Shown here: in pieces, positions 38,019 to 47,128 of the stretch
Layout: the number at the start of each line of letters is the position of its first letter
Numbering within the stretch: the first letter of the stretch is position 1
DNA from: Clostridia bacterium
Lineage (GTDB): Bacteria > Bacillota > Clostridia > UMGS1840
Reading direction: 5' to 3'
Assembly: GCA_045631485.1 (NCBI GenBank)
Contig: JAZQUU010000039.1
Coordinates: 41,194-105,193 of the forward strand
DNA: 64,000 nucleotides
Notes under the pieces: generated by a model
Seen by the model: only the letters and a program-made list of their open reading frames with translations
What the model was told of the DNA's origin: nothing
The model's database searches: none
Position numbers and translations under genes: made by a program

Positions 38019-40826
38019 CTAACTGAGTGCGATGACAAGAGTCAACACATTTTTTTCATCTTTGTATTCATATTCCATACTCTCCGTCATTTTACGAACC
38101 ATAAATATTCCGAGTCCTCCGATTGCTCTTTCGTCCGCAGAAAGAGTTGTATCAGGTTCCGTTGCATGGAGAGGATTATATGAAATACCGTTATCGGTAA
38201 ATGAAATACGAAGTTTTCCGTTTTCAATACTGTACGAAACAGTTGCTAGAGTTGCCTTACTGTAATTTACGATGTTTGCATAGATTTCATCAAACACAAT
38301 ATTGATTTTGTTTGCGATTTTTGGCATAATTTCGAGCTTTTTGGAAAGCGAATCTGCAAACTCACCAACCGTTGTGTGCGAATCACGATTCGGCACAACC
38401 GAAATACTTTCGTCTCCCAATATTGCGTCAAAATCAAGTGCAAGCATTGTGATATCATCAAACTGCGGAGCAGTACCCACGAATTCATCCACATCTTCCT
38501 TGATAAGCTTACAAAGGCTATCAGGCTTTGTTGATTCAAGTGAATTCACAAAATCAAGAAGCCGCTGTTCTCCGTAAAGCTCGGTGTTGTTATTCGTTGC
38601 TTCAGTAACACCGTCTGTGTAGAGAAAAAGTTTGTCTCCCGGCATAAGCTGCAGTTCGTTTTTACGGTATTTGATACCTTCCATTCCGGCAAGAAGCATT
38701 CCGCTTCTTGCTTTCATATACGAAAATGCTTCGCCGTTTCGTTTGAAAAGTGGTGGATTATGCCCTGCATTGGCAAACTTCATCAGTCCTGTTTTGGTGT
38801 CTAAAATACCAAGCCATGCCGTTACGAACATTCCTGCATCATTATTTTCGCAGAGTTTGTCATTTGCAATGGTAAATATTTCGTCGGGTTCCAATCCTCT
38901 CTCCGCCAAATCTCTGATAACAGTTTTTGCTCTCATCATACACATGGCACCAGGAATCCCTTTCCCGGATACATCCGCAACTAAGAAAGCGATGGTGGAA
39001 TCATTTAACATATAAAAGTCATAGAAATCGCCGCCAACTTCCTTTGCTGTGATCATTTCGGCATAAAGCTTGAACGAATTGCTTTTCGGGAATGTTGCAG
39101 GAAGCGATGAATACTGAATCTGTTTTGCAAATTCAAGTTCCTTGTCGATTCTTGCAGCAGCCTCTTTGATATACCGTTTCAGCGTGCCAACTGTCTGATT
39201 GATGTCATCGGAAAGGGATGCAAACTCCTCATTAGAACGAACATCCACGGTCACATTTAAGTTTCCGTTTGTAATTTCGGCAAGCCCTTTGTTGATTTTT
39301 CTTAAATTATCAATGATAATTCTCTTTATCAAGAAATAAATAAGAACAAACAAAGCTGCAAAAATGAGAATTTCCATAAAGGTGTTCACATACACCGAAG
39401 CTTCTTTCATAAACATAGCTTCCACCTTCGGCATAGCACCAACGATATAATAGCCTTCTACGAAACGATAGGAACAAAGATATTTTTCGTTGTACACTGT
39501 TGATTCAAAAATTTCGCCCTCTTTGATTGTTTCGGGGTCAAAGGTGATACCGATTTTTTGAAGCTCCGCTCCCTCAAAATCACTTCTGTATGTTACAAGA
39601 TTGAAGTTTTCATCGCAGATTGCAACAAATCCATCATTTCCCACATGGCGATTTTTCGATACTGTTTTGACATACTTGTCAATATCGGCACGAAACTGCG
39701 TGCTGTCGTATCCAACTTGAATGAAACCACCATCGGATAATGCAATTGCGCCATATTTTCTGTAAGTAACATCATCATAGGAGGTGGGTCTGTAATCCTG
39801 GATATACTGATCTTTTTTCTCTTCTAAAAGAGCCATCACAAATTCATTTGACTGAGAACCGCTCGCCATTTCATAGCCGATATACTCTTTGTTGTTGGAA
39901 TCTGCAATGTAACCTTTTTCATCGATGATATTGACCTCAATCACATTGTATTTCATAGCCAAAGACGAAAGAGTTGCACCATTTAAGTATTCATCTTTGA
40001 TGCTTTCGGTTTTTTTCAATAGATTGTCATTGGACTCATCCAGGATATCCTGAAACACATCGGTAAGGCTCATTTTTATGGATTTATTTGTTTGAGCCTC
40101 ACTCATACCTGTCTGAATCACCGAAGAAAATGAACTTGTGGCAACAAAGGCAATCACAATACAGATTAAAAGCCAGCTCTGGAATGTCTGTGAGATCTGT
40201 TTTTGTTCTTTTTTGAAATAAAGCCTTTCTCTGCCGATTACAGATACTGCAAAAACGGCAATTCCAACAGCAAAACCGTTACCGATGACCATAGGAAGTG
40301 TGCATATCTTTACAAAATCGAATGCAACCGCCGCATCATCCATATTGGTAAAGAATATCATCAACATATGGAAAACTTCTGTAACCATACCGATACCCAA
40401 CCCATAGAGCCAGGTTGGCTTCTTGTTATCAAACATATACGTTCTGAGTACTGCCGCAATCAAACCGGCAAGAATTGTAGATACCGAGCAGGCAAGTTGC
40501 GTATATGTTCCGGCAAGGCCGAAATAAACTGCTACAAAACGATAAATACCACCAATAAGTCCTGCAATAATTCCTGCAGGAGCACCAAAGATAAGCCCTG
40601 CACACAAAGGTGCGGCGTCTCTCACATTCATGATGGTACCGTCGCCTATATCAAAGCCGCCGAATATTGTGGTTGCGAAAATCGCCATAAGGCCAAAAAG
40701 AACGCCGATGATTATTTGTTTTATTTTATAAGGCGTTTTGAAAAATGCTGTTTTTTTGTCAAGTATGTAGAGAAAAATGGCAAGAAGCGCATTATAGGAT
40801 GCAGACATTATTAAATGTAGTGCCAT
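38019..40826 (-). CDS. Membrane sensor: 5TM-Lyt-type domain + Cache-like ectodomain + HAMP + PP2C (SpoIIE/RsbU-type) phosphatase + C-terminal RsbW/SpoIIAB-like HATPase
   Basis: The N-terminus has multiple TM helices and there is a ~250-aa periplasmic-type segment. A HAMP follows (IIDNLRKINKGLAEITNGNLNV). The PP2C motifs are GGDFYDF, VADVSGKG, LYTDGVTEA and DDITMLAL. The tail is a GHKL domain (TDNGISYNP...GGLGIFMVRK). Confidence 0.85.
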   Translation of the reverse strand: MALHLIMSASYNALLAIFLYILDKKTAFFKTPYKIKQIIIGVLFGLMAIFATTIFGGFDIGDGTIMNVRDAAPLCAGLIFGAPAGIIAGLIGGIYRFVAVYFGLAGTYTQLACSVSTILAGLIAAVLRTYMFDNKKPTWLYGLGIGMVTEVFHMLMIFFTNMDDAAVAFDFVKICTLPMVIGNGFAVGIAVFAVSVIGRERLYFKKEQKQISQTFQSWLLICIVIAFVATSSFSSVIQTGMSEAQTNKSIKMSLTDVFQDILDESNDNLLKKTESIKDEYLNGATLSSLAMKYNVIEVNIIDEKGYIADSNNKEYIGYEMASGSQSNEFVMALLEEKKDQYIQDYRPTSYDDVTYRKYGAIALSDGGFIQVGYDSTQFRADIDKYVKTVSKNRHVGNDGFVAICDENFNLVTYRSDFEGAELQKIGITFDPETIKEGEIFESTVYNEKYLCSYRFVEGYYIVGAMPKVEAMFMKEASVYVNTFMEILIFAALFVLIYFLIKRIIIDNLRKINKGLAEITNGNLNVTVDVRSNEEFASLSDDINQTVGTLKRYIKEAAARIDKELEFAKQIQYSSLPATFPKSNSFKLYAEMITAKEVGGDFYDFYMLNDSTIAFLVADVSGKGIPGAMCMMRAKTVIRDLAERGLEPDEIFTIANDKLCENNDAGMFVTAWLGILDTKTGLMKFANAGHNPPLFKRNGEAFSYMKARSGMLLAGMEGIKYRKNELQLMPGDKLFLYTDGVTEATNNNTELYGEQRLLDFVNSLESTKPDSLCKLIKEDVDEFVGTAPQFDDITMLALDFDAILGDESISVVPNRDSHTTVGEFADSLSKKLEIMPKIANKINIVFDEIYANIVNYSKATLATVSYSIENGKLRISFTDNGISYNPLHATEPDTTLSADERAIGGLGIFMVRKMTESMEYEYKDEKNVLTLVIALS

Positions 40827-40859
40827 ATTTTCATCTCCTTATCAAAATTATCTTCGTTC

Positions 40860-41156
40860 TTATTCGATGGTAAGAATATCTAAAAATCCGGTAATATCAA
40901 ACACTTCCATAATGCTGTCGTTCACTCCGGTAAGCTTCATGGAACCCTGCTGATTCATTGTTTTTTGTGCTTTTAAAATCACTCGAAGTCCTGCGGAAGA
41001 AACATATTCCAAATTGGTAAAATCAAAAGTAAGTTCCTTAAGATTCGCAAGAACTGCATCCAGTTCGTTTTCCAATTCCGGTGCGGTTTGTGTATCAAGT
41101 CTTCCTGATACGATGAGGGTCGCTGTGTCGTTTCCGATTTTCTTTTCAATAGTCAT
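40860..41156 (-). CDS. STAS-domain anti-sigma-factor antagonist-like protein
   Basis: VSGRLDTQTAPELE...LEYVSSAGLRVIL carries the conserved phosphorylatable Ser context. Confidence 0.88.
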   Translation of the reverse strand: MTIEKKIGNDTATLIVSGRLDTQTAPELENELDAVLANLKELTFDFTNLEYVSSAGLRVILKAQKTMNQQGSMKLTGVNDSIMEVFDITGFLDILTIE

Positions 41157-41190
41157 TTTTAAAATCTCCTTTTTTATGATAATGTTATGA

Positions 41191-41715
41191 TTACTGTTTC
41201 CACGATTCGATTGGCTCGTAGAGAAATGATAGCTCTGCCATGGGAGTTTTTAAACTCTCGGCAAGTTTTTTAACAGCCTTTCGGATATCGGGCGAAAAAT
41301 CCAGATACCAATCAATGGTTTCCAGGATGTATTTTCGCTTAAATTCCTCATCTGTTACGATTGCACACTGTAAATTATGCAATCTGTCTGCCGCTTTTAC
41401 TACATAAGCAATGGGATTTTGACGGATGGCATTGACATATTCTGCCATAATATATCCCTTTTTCTTGGTCAGCAATTTCACCGCCGTAAGGATTTCATTG
41501 TTTCCGTATTGCAAAATTTCTTCTTCGGTTGCATCGGTATCCTCCAATAAATCGTGAAAAAGTGCTGCTATCTGATAATGTTCGCTGAGCCCCGCATCCT
41601 TCACAATTTCCGAAACCGCTATCGGATGGGTGATATAATCATCTCCGCCGATACGCTTTTGACCTTTATGCTTTTTCGTTGCAAATTTTAGAGCAAGCTC
41701 ATAGCTTTCACTCAT
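41191..41715 (-). CDS. HD-domain small alarmone hydrolase (Mesh1/SpoT-hydrolase-like)
   Basis: The motifs are KHKGQKR..GDDYITHPIAV and LFHDLLEDT. The ATG overlaps the upstream stop (TAATG). Confidence 0.8.
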   Translation of the reverse strand: MSESYELALKFATKKHKGQKRIGGDDYITHPIAVSEIVKDAGLSEHYQIAALFHDLLEDTDATEEEILQYGNNEILTAVKLLTKKKGYIMAEYVNAIRQNPIAYVVKAADRLHNLQCAIVTDEEFKRKYILETIDWYLDFSPDIRKAVKKLAESLKTPMAELSFLYEPIESWKQ

Positions 41716-42773
41716 TAGCACTCCTCCTTCTGACTAAGAAGGTATTTTGCCTGTCTTTCCGCTTTTTCCTTGGTTCCCAAAGAAATTTTTAAGAATGCTG
41801 TCATTTTATCAAAATTATAGTTTTTTCTAAGAAGCTCTGCACGGCACAAGAAACGAAGTGCAACACTTGATGAAACGATATCCAGGTCTGCTGCAGACAA
41901 AGCTTTCTTTGCAAGTTTCATTGCAAGGTCATGATTTTCTTTGATCATCACTTCAATATCGCCAAGTTTGGTGATACCTAAAAATGCAAGCTGCGGAATA
42001 TAGCTTTCGGGGTCAATCTCTCTGATTTCTGCACCTGAAATGGCGGCAATTTCCTTAATTAAGCCCTGCATTTTTCGGTTGTTTAAGACATATTCGTTTA
42101 ACGAAATCATATTGATTGAAACATCGTCTGCATCATCTGTGATAATTCGTTGTCTGATATCTTCGGTATATCCCACCATATTGTCACGTGCACGCACAAA
42201 TTCATCATCTGCAAGCTCGAGTAATCCTGCAAGACGGGCAAACTGTCGATTAATTTCTCTGGGAACACCAAAATCACTCTTATATCCGATATCGTGGTGA
42301 ATTGCCGACCAGGCGTGCTGAAGAATGGTTCTTATCTGCACCTCAAATTTCTTTCCGCAGATTTCATCGGGCCACTTATCTCCAAACGGTAGTGAACAGA
42401 TGTAATGAAGAGACAGATATCCAAACGAATCTTCCTTGATAAGAGCTCTTTTATCGGAAGAATTTTCCCGGTCAATCACAAAATTCTCTTCCACCTTTTG
42501 ACCGATTTTATCAATTTCATCGGCTAAAAAGCAAACCACACGGCAACCGAGAATATCGGTGATATCTTCCAGGGTGTTGTATCCATCACCCTTTCTTTCA
42601 AGCTTTCCGGCAAGACTTTTTTCTTCTTTTACACGGTGTTCAACAGCTAAAACCGTAAGTCCAAGCTCCATTACAATATCCGAAAGCATGGTATGTACCG
42701 TGTCACCCAAGGTTACAAAGTCATTCCTTTGCTTCCTGTAATCCTCTAAAATTAATCTGCATTTTAAGTTCAT
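41715..42773 (-). CDS. RelA/SpoT-synthetase-domain protein (small alarmone synthetase) with a ~150-aa C-terminal extension
   Basis: The synthetase motifs are KEEKSLAGKLERK, DILGCRVV, GYLSLHYI and EVQIRTILQHAW. There is no HD, TGS or ACT domain. Confidence 0.85.
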   Translation of the reverse strand: MNLKCRLILEDYRKQRNDFVTLGDTVHTMLSDIVMELGLTVLAVEHRVKEEKSLAGKLERKGDGYNTLEDITDILGCRVVCFLADEIDKIGQKVEENFVIDRENSSDKRALIKEDSFGYLSLHYICSLPFGDKWPDEICGKKFEVQIRTILQHAWSAIHHDIGYKSDFGVPREINRQFARLAGLLELADDEFVRARDNMVGYTEDIRQRIITDDADDVSINMISLNEYVLNNRKMQGLIKEIAAISGAEIREIDPESYIPQLAFLGITKLGDIEVMIKENHDLAMKLAKKALSAADLDIVSSSVALRFLCRAELLRKNYNFDKMTAFLKISLGTKEKAERQAKYLLSQKEEC

Positions 42774-42785
42774 AATTCCTCCTCC

Positions 42786-43742
42786 TTATAACAAACCTAA
42801 CATCAGCCGGAACAAATCATAAATTGCGCCGCCCAATGCTCCGATTAAAAGTACCATAAACAAATATAAAAACATACTGGTTTTACTGATTTTATTATGT
42901 TCAATCGTGAAGTAAAAATTGTAATGTGCTTTCATATTGGCGTCACGTTCTTCCACCCACTGATAGGTGATGGCATCCGAACAGTTATACCCTTTCGGTG
43001 CATAATTTCGGTTTAGCTCCGCTTCCAGGCGCCTGATACGGTAACAGGTTGAATCGTTCATTTCATACTCATCGCCGAGAGAAATGGTAACCAATGCCTT
43101 TCTGATGCGTTGCTCCTGCAAATCTTCAATTTCATTGATTTCAGGCGGCAGAAGACGTGCTTCATTGATTCTGATGGAATATCCGTATTTTTCAGAAATG
43201 ATGGGACTTTGAATCAAAGAATTGATTTTATCAAACATACCGCCCACATCAATCACCGGAGCAAACACCACGTCCAGGGTTTTATGGGGTATTCTGAATA
43301 TAAGATACGCTTCATCGGATGTTATACATTCCTTAATAAATTCAAAATCAAAGGTAATCACCGTTCCGTATGAAACTGTTTCTGCTTTAATAAATTCATC
43401 GGCAAGATTGATAAGACTTACGGTTCTACCGTCATATCGAAGCTCCGAAGTGTATTTGGTTTTCTCAGAATCCACTTTTCCGTTAGTGTTAAACAACGCT
43501 CGAAGTGCCGAACTGTCGGAGAGCATATAAGATAAATCGGTGATTTCCGTTTCCTCTATCATAAAAGGAACAAAAATGTTAACTGCTTTCGTTTCTTTTG
43601 CTCCATACACACGCACGCTGATATCCACAAAGCTTTGGCCCTTTGGATTAATCCATTCATTTAAGTAAATTGTGCTTCTGTCGTCACCATCTATCCATAG
43701 CGCCCAACCATCATCGGCAAAGCGTTTTTTTTTATTTCCCAA
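42786..43742 (-). CDS. Hypothetical protein (318 aa) with a single C-terminal TM anchor
   Basis: A TTG start lies 9 nt after GGAGG and overlaps the GGDEF gene end by 11 nt. The C-terminus is MFLYLFMVLLIGALGGAIYDLF. I recognise no family. Confidence 0.6.
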   Translation of the reverse strand: MGNKKKRFADDGWALWIDGDDRSTIYLNEWINPKGQSFVDISVRVYGAKETKAVNIFVPFMIEETEITDLSYMLSDSSALRALFNTNGKVDSEKTKYTSELRYDGRTVSLINLADEFIKAETVSYGTVITFDFEFIKECITSDEAYLIFRIPHKTLDVVFAPVIDVGGMFDKINSLIQSPIISEKYGYSIRINEARLLPPEINEIEDLQEQRIRKALVTISLGDEYEMNDSTCYRIRRLEAELNRNYAPKGYNCSDAITYQWVEERDANMKAHYNFYFTIEHNKISKTSMFLYLFMVLLIGALGGAIYDLFRLMLGLL

Positions 43743-45315
43743 GCTTGGTTGCCTCCTTCATTTTCCGTTTGTTTTCATACATCGCATCGTCGGCTTTGTT
43801 AAATACATCTATAAAGTTTTTATCTTTTTTAGAATCGTATCTTGCAAAACCTTTTGCAATGTTTACGGGAATAGCTTCCTTCTCTGTATCTACAATCCTA
43901 TTTCCGCATTCTTCATCAAATTTTTTAAGAAGTAACTCTACTTCATCAAGGTCTCTGTTTTGTAAAATTGCCAAAAACTCGTCACCGCCGATTCTGAAAA
44001 CCGGACTTCTTTTAAACACATCCGATATCACGCTTGCCGCACCTACAATCAACTTGTTACCTACATCGTGACCATATCTGTCGTTGGTTTCCTTGAGATA
44101 ATTAAGGTCAAAAACCATAACGCCGAAGGCAATTTCTTTGGTTTCGATTTCTTTATCAAAATCTGTGATCCACGCCCAATATGAATTGGTGTTTCTAAGC
44201 CCTGTGAGAGTGTCGCGATATGCCATGAGATGTTGCAGTTTTTCGTGCTCCTTAAGCTGCAAAGTCATATTTTCAAACGCAGTACTTAAAAGCTTTATTT
44301 CATATGTATTGCTATGCACAATATCAACATCATAATCTCTGTTTGAAAGTTTTACCGATGCATCGGTCAGCTTTTTTAAGGGATACACAATTTTTTTCAC
44401 AATAATGATTGCTATCAAAGAAAACATCACCGCAAGAATCAGCACAACAAAAAGGATTTTTAATGCGATATCATAACGAATCTGTCTGATATCTTTATAG
44501 CTTGCAGACAGGATAAGAGTCATTCCGTTGGTTAATTCTTCAGATACACTTAAGTACTCCTCCGGATGCTCATGAAGTTTTGTATCTTCGGCATGCTCCA
44601 AATTATACACATCGGCACCTTCAAACTCCAAATGAGCAAATCCGTTTTCATAAATTTTGATATTATGAACCTTATCGGTCAAAATGCTATAGTCAAAGTC
44701 CATACCAACAATGCCAACAAACTCATTATCGTAATATAACGGTACTACATAAGAAATCATCAGGATGTTGTTGTTTTTATTGTAATAAGGCAACATCCAA
44801 ACGGGTTTTCCTGCTTCAAGCGGCTGCCAGTACCATCCCACATGCTCGGTATCAGATTTATCATAACGCGAAATATCAGTAGGTTCAAAGCGCATAAATC
44901 CGTCTTCCCTTTTTACTCTACTGTAAAACAACCCGAATGTGTTGTGCGAAAGTTCAGGTGCAAATCTGAAATAATACGCCACCGCACCATCAGTATTATT
45001 TGCTACATCAATAAACATTTCATCGGAACGCTCTAAAATATCGGCCTGTCTTTTCTCATCCTCAATATCGGCTTTACTGTTTATAAAATCGAGCACATAG
45101 CTTTCCATAATATGCACTGATTTTTCCATATCACCAAAAATATCATTGATTTGAGAAGCATCTTTTTCGCAGGTGACATTTATATAATCTTCTGTCTGAT
45201 GCTGCACAAACTGATCGACCTCATATATGCTTAATCCACCTATGAACACCGTAATAGCCAACATTGCGGATATAACGGTCATTAAAACTTTAAATTGCAT
45301 TGATTGTATTTTCAC
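43732..45315 (-). CDS. Membrane diguanylate cyclase (Cache-like sensor + HAMP + GGDEF)
   Basis: Two TM helices flank a ~260-aa ectodomain. The C-terminal GGDEF domain has RIGGDEF. It has a GTG start. Confidence 0.85.
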   Translation of the reverse strand: MKIQSMQFKVLMTVISAMLAITVFIGGLSIYEVDQFVQHQTEDYINVTCEKDASQINDIFGDMEKSVHIMESYVLDFINSKADIEDEKRQADILERSDEMFIDVANNTDGAVAYYFRFAPELSHNTFGLFYSRVKREDGFMRFEPTDISRYDKSDTEHVGWYWQPLEAGKPVWMLPYYNKNNNILMISYVVPLYYDNEFVGIVGMDFDYSILTDKVHNIKIYENGFAHLEFEGADVYNLEHAEDTKLHEHPEEYLSVSEELTNGMTLILSASYKDIRQIRYDIALKILFVVLILAVMFSLIAIIIVKKIVYPLKKLTDASVKLSNRDYDVDIVHSNTYEIKLLSTAFENMTLQLKEHEKLQHLMAYRDTLTGLRNTNSYWAWITDFDKEIETKEIAFGVMVFDLNYLKETNDRYGHDVGNKLIVGAASVISDVFKRSPVFRIGGDEFLAILQNRDLDEVELLLKKFDEECGNRIVDTEKEAIPVNIAKGFARYDSKKDKNFIDVFNKADDAMYENKRKMKEATKLGK

Positions 45316-45352
45316 TTGTGATTAACCTTTCCGCTCATCGTATAAACCCGCT

Positions 45353-45372
45353 ATGACAAACCTATAATAAAT
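45353..45372 (-). promoter_or_regulatory. Direct-repeat motif copy 1 (degenerate second unit), upstream of the GGDEF gene
   Basis: The plus strand reads ATGACAAACCTATAATAAAT. The flank AAACCCGYTATGACAAACCTAT is shared with copy 3. Confidence 0.45.
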
Positions 45373-45919
45373 TTGAGATGCGTTTTTTTGCGTTATCCAT
45401 AATTTCTTGCACATTTGCGCCGAAGATATCAAGCCCTTCTGCCGAGTAAAAGCTGATATCCGAAATACCGAAAAAGTTTTCCGAAAGTGCTTTTACATAG
45501 TCAAAACCGAAATTGTTGTTGCCGATATACCCACCCGAGGTAGTGATATAATATAACTTTTTAGCTTTGCATTTACTTACGGGGCGACCTTCTTCGGAAT
45601 ATTCGAAAGTGATTCCCGAAACTGTGATATTTTCCAAATAAATTTTTAAAATAGCAGGAAACGACAAATCCCAATACGGTGCCGCAATCACAATCATATC
45701 CACATTTGCAAACTGCTTTGCATATTTCATTTCCTCCTCGGAAACCGTATGCAATGCTCTTTTATCGATGTCTTGATTACAAAGGGGTAAAATCTTCTCT
45801 TGATACAAATGAACTTCGATGACTTCCCCGTTCAAGCCATTAAGTAAATGCCTTGAAAGTTCATCGGTTCTTGAATTTGGCCTTGCACAAGCATTGATAA
45901 ACAAGATTTTATTCTTCAT
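45362..45919 (-). CDS. Flavodoxin-like fold NAD(P)H-dependent FMN oxidoreductase
   Basis: Its ~185 aa, with the N-terminus ILFINACARPNSRT and ITTSGG, fit the NAD(P)H dehydrogenase (quinone)/azoreductase-like family. Confidence 0.7.
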   Translation of the reverse strand: MKNKILFINACARPNSRTDELSRHLLNGLNGEVIEVHLYQEKILPLCNQDIDKRALHTVSEEEMKYAKQFANVDMIVIAAPYWDLSFPAILKIYLENITVSGITFEYSEEGRPVSKCKAKKLYYITTSGGYIGNNNFGFDYVKALSENFFGISDISFYSAEGLDIFGANVQEIMDNAKKRISNLL

Positions 45920-45928
45920 GTAGTTCTC

Positions 45929-46222
45929 CTATTTCAGCATTTCTAAAAGGCCTGTCATTTCAAAAATCTCGCAAACGAGGTCGTTTGCTTTTTCAATCCG
46001 CATTGTCCCTTGATTGAAATTCATTTTTTTATAGGCAGCCAGCAGAACTCGAATTCCTGAGGAGGATATATATTCCAACTCGGACATATCAAAAACAAGC
46101 TCTTTTGTGTTATCGGAAAGTTCATCTACTATCGATTGAAGATTCGGTGCAGTTGTTGTGTCGAGTCTTCCTGCGATTGACAAAGTAACAAGTTCAAAAT
46201 CTCGTTCCACATTGATTGTCAT
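45929..46222 (-). CDS. STAS-domain anti-sigma-factor antagonist-like protein (second copy)
   Basis: IAGRLDTTTAPNLQ...LEYISSSGIRVLL. The start lies 6 nt after GGAGA. Confidence 0.85.
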   Translation of the reverse strand: MTINVERDFELVTLSIAGRLDTTTAPNLQSIVDELSDNTKELVFDMSELEYISSSGIRVLLAAYKKMNFNQGTMRIEKANDLVCEIFEMTGLLEMLK

Positions 46223-46274
46223 AAAAATTCTCCTTTCAAAGAACATAACATAAATATAAAATAGCATATCCGAT

Positions 46275-46294
46275 ATGACAAACCTATGACAAAT
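46275..46294 (-). promoter_or_regulatory. Direct-repeat motif copy 2 with an embedded -35, upstream of the STAS/flavoprotein genes
   Basis: The plus strand reads ATGACAAACCTATGACAAAT. On the minus strand this is TTTGTCATAGG-TTTGTCATATC, then 17 nt to TATATT. Confidence 0.55.
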
Positions 46295-46348
46295 TCAAAT
46301 TTATATACAAAAAATACGGCCGGATGATTCCGACCGTAAACATATTTA

Positions 46349-47128
46349 TTAATTTGTTCCAAGAAGCAGCGAGAGGGTATCTTCTGCCCAGGAATACTGT
46401 GTCATATACTCACCATGAAACTGAGGCATTCCTGTCTTTAAATACCTATGATAATCGCAGTTGATTCTGGAAGGGTCAATTCGGTAATGATAGCCGTCCT
46501 GACAAAAGACATTTTGGGCACCTACATTGGCAAGTGCTTTTTTTAAGTCTCCCACAAGATGTCTTAAATAATCCATATTTTTCACATCATCGGTGTTCTC
46601 AGGCCACATCACGGCACAGATTTGTTTTCCCGTCATCCCGGCACCGTTTCTGTCCACAAGAACAGCAAAAAGTTCTTTTGCTTTGGTGCGCTTAAAGGTA
46701 AGTGCCTCTCCGTTTTTTAAAACTTCGAAATTGCCGAAGCATTTCACGTCTAAAAGCGAAGCATTAGGTTTTTTGCTTTTAATATGGTCAATTTCTTTTT
46801 GAACCGCCTCCGGCGTGATTGGTTTCATAAGATATCCGCTGCAGCGAAGCTGTATGGCATCCAGGGCGTACTCCTCATAACCTGTGCAAAAAACAATTTT
46901 ACATTCGGGATGTAACTCAGTAATCTTTTCTGCCAAAGCAAGACCACCCATCCCGCGCATATTGATATCTAAAAAAGCAACATCTGCACAATTATGAGAA
47001 ATCCACTCCAAAGCGGCGGAGCAGACAGAAAAATCATAAACCTCTTTGATATCGGTCGATGCCTTCACAATATCCGTAAGAGCGTTGAGCATTGGTCTTT
47101 CATCATCTACTGTGATTGCTATCATCAT
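46349..47128 (-). CDS. Response regulator: REC domain + OmpR/SARP-like winged-helix DNA-binding domain
   Basis: The REC domain has DDERPML...FLDINMRGMGG...KP. The C-terminus FGNFEVLKNGEALTFKRTKAKELFAVLV resembles SARP/BTAD-type wHTH domains. The start lies 6 nt after AGGAGG. Confidence 0.8.
   Translation of the reverse strand: MMIAITVDDERPMLNALTDIVKASTDIKEVYDFSVCSAALEWISHNCADVAFLDINMRGMGGLALAEKITELHPECKIVFCTGYEEYALDAIQLRCSGYLMKPITPEAVQKEIDHIKSKKPNASLLDVKCFGNFEVLKNGEALTFKRTKAKELFAVLVDRNGAGMTGKQICAVMWPENTDDVKNMDYLRHLVGDLKKALANVGAQNVFCQDGYHYRIDPSRINCDYHRYLKTGMPQFHGEYMTQYSWAEDTLSLLLGTN

Noticed and set aside
40203-40814. A 203-aa plus-strand ORF inside the PP2C/HATPase sensor gene. Many similar antisense ORFs occur in polC, acn, tex, the kinase gene and the NlpC/P60 gene.
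   Set aside because: All are antisense shadows of long, motif-supported genes. Their Cys/Arg/Lys-rich translations are typical of the reverse frame in AT-rich DNA.
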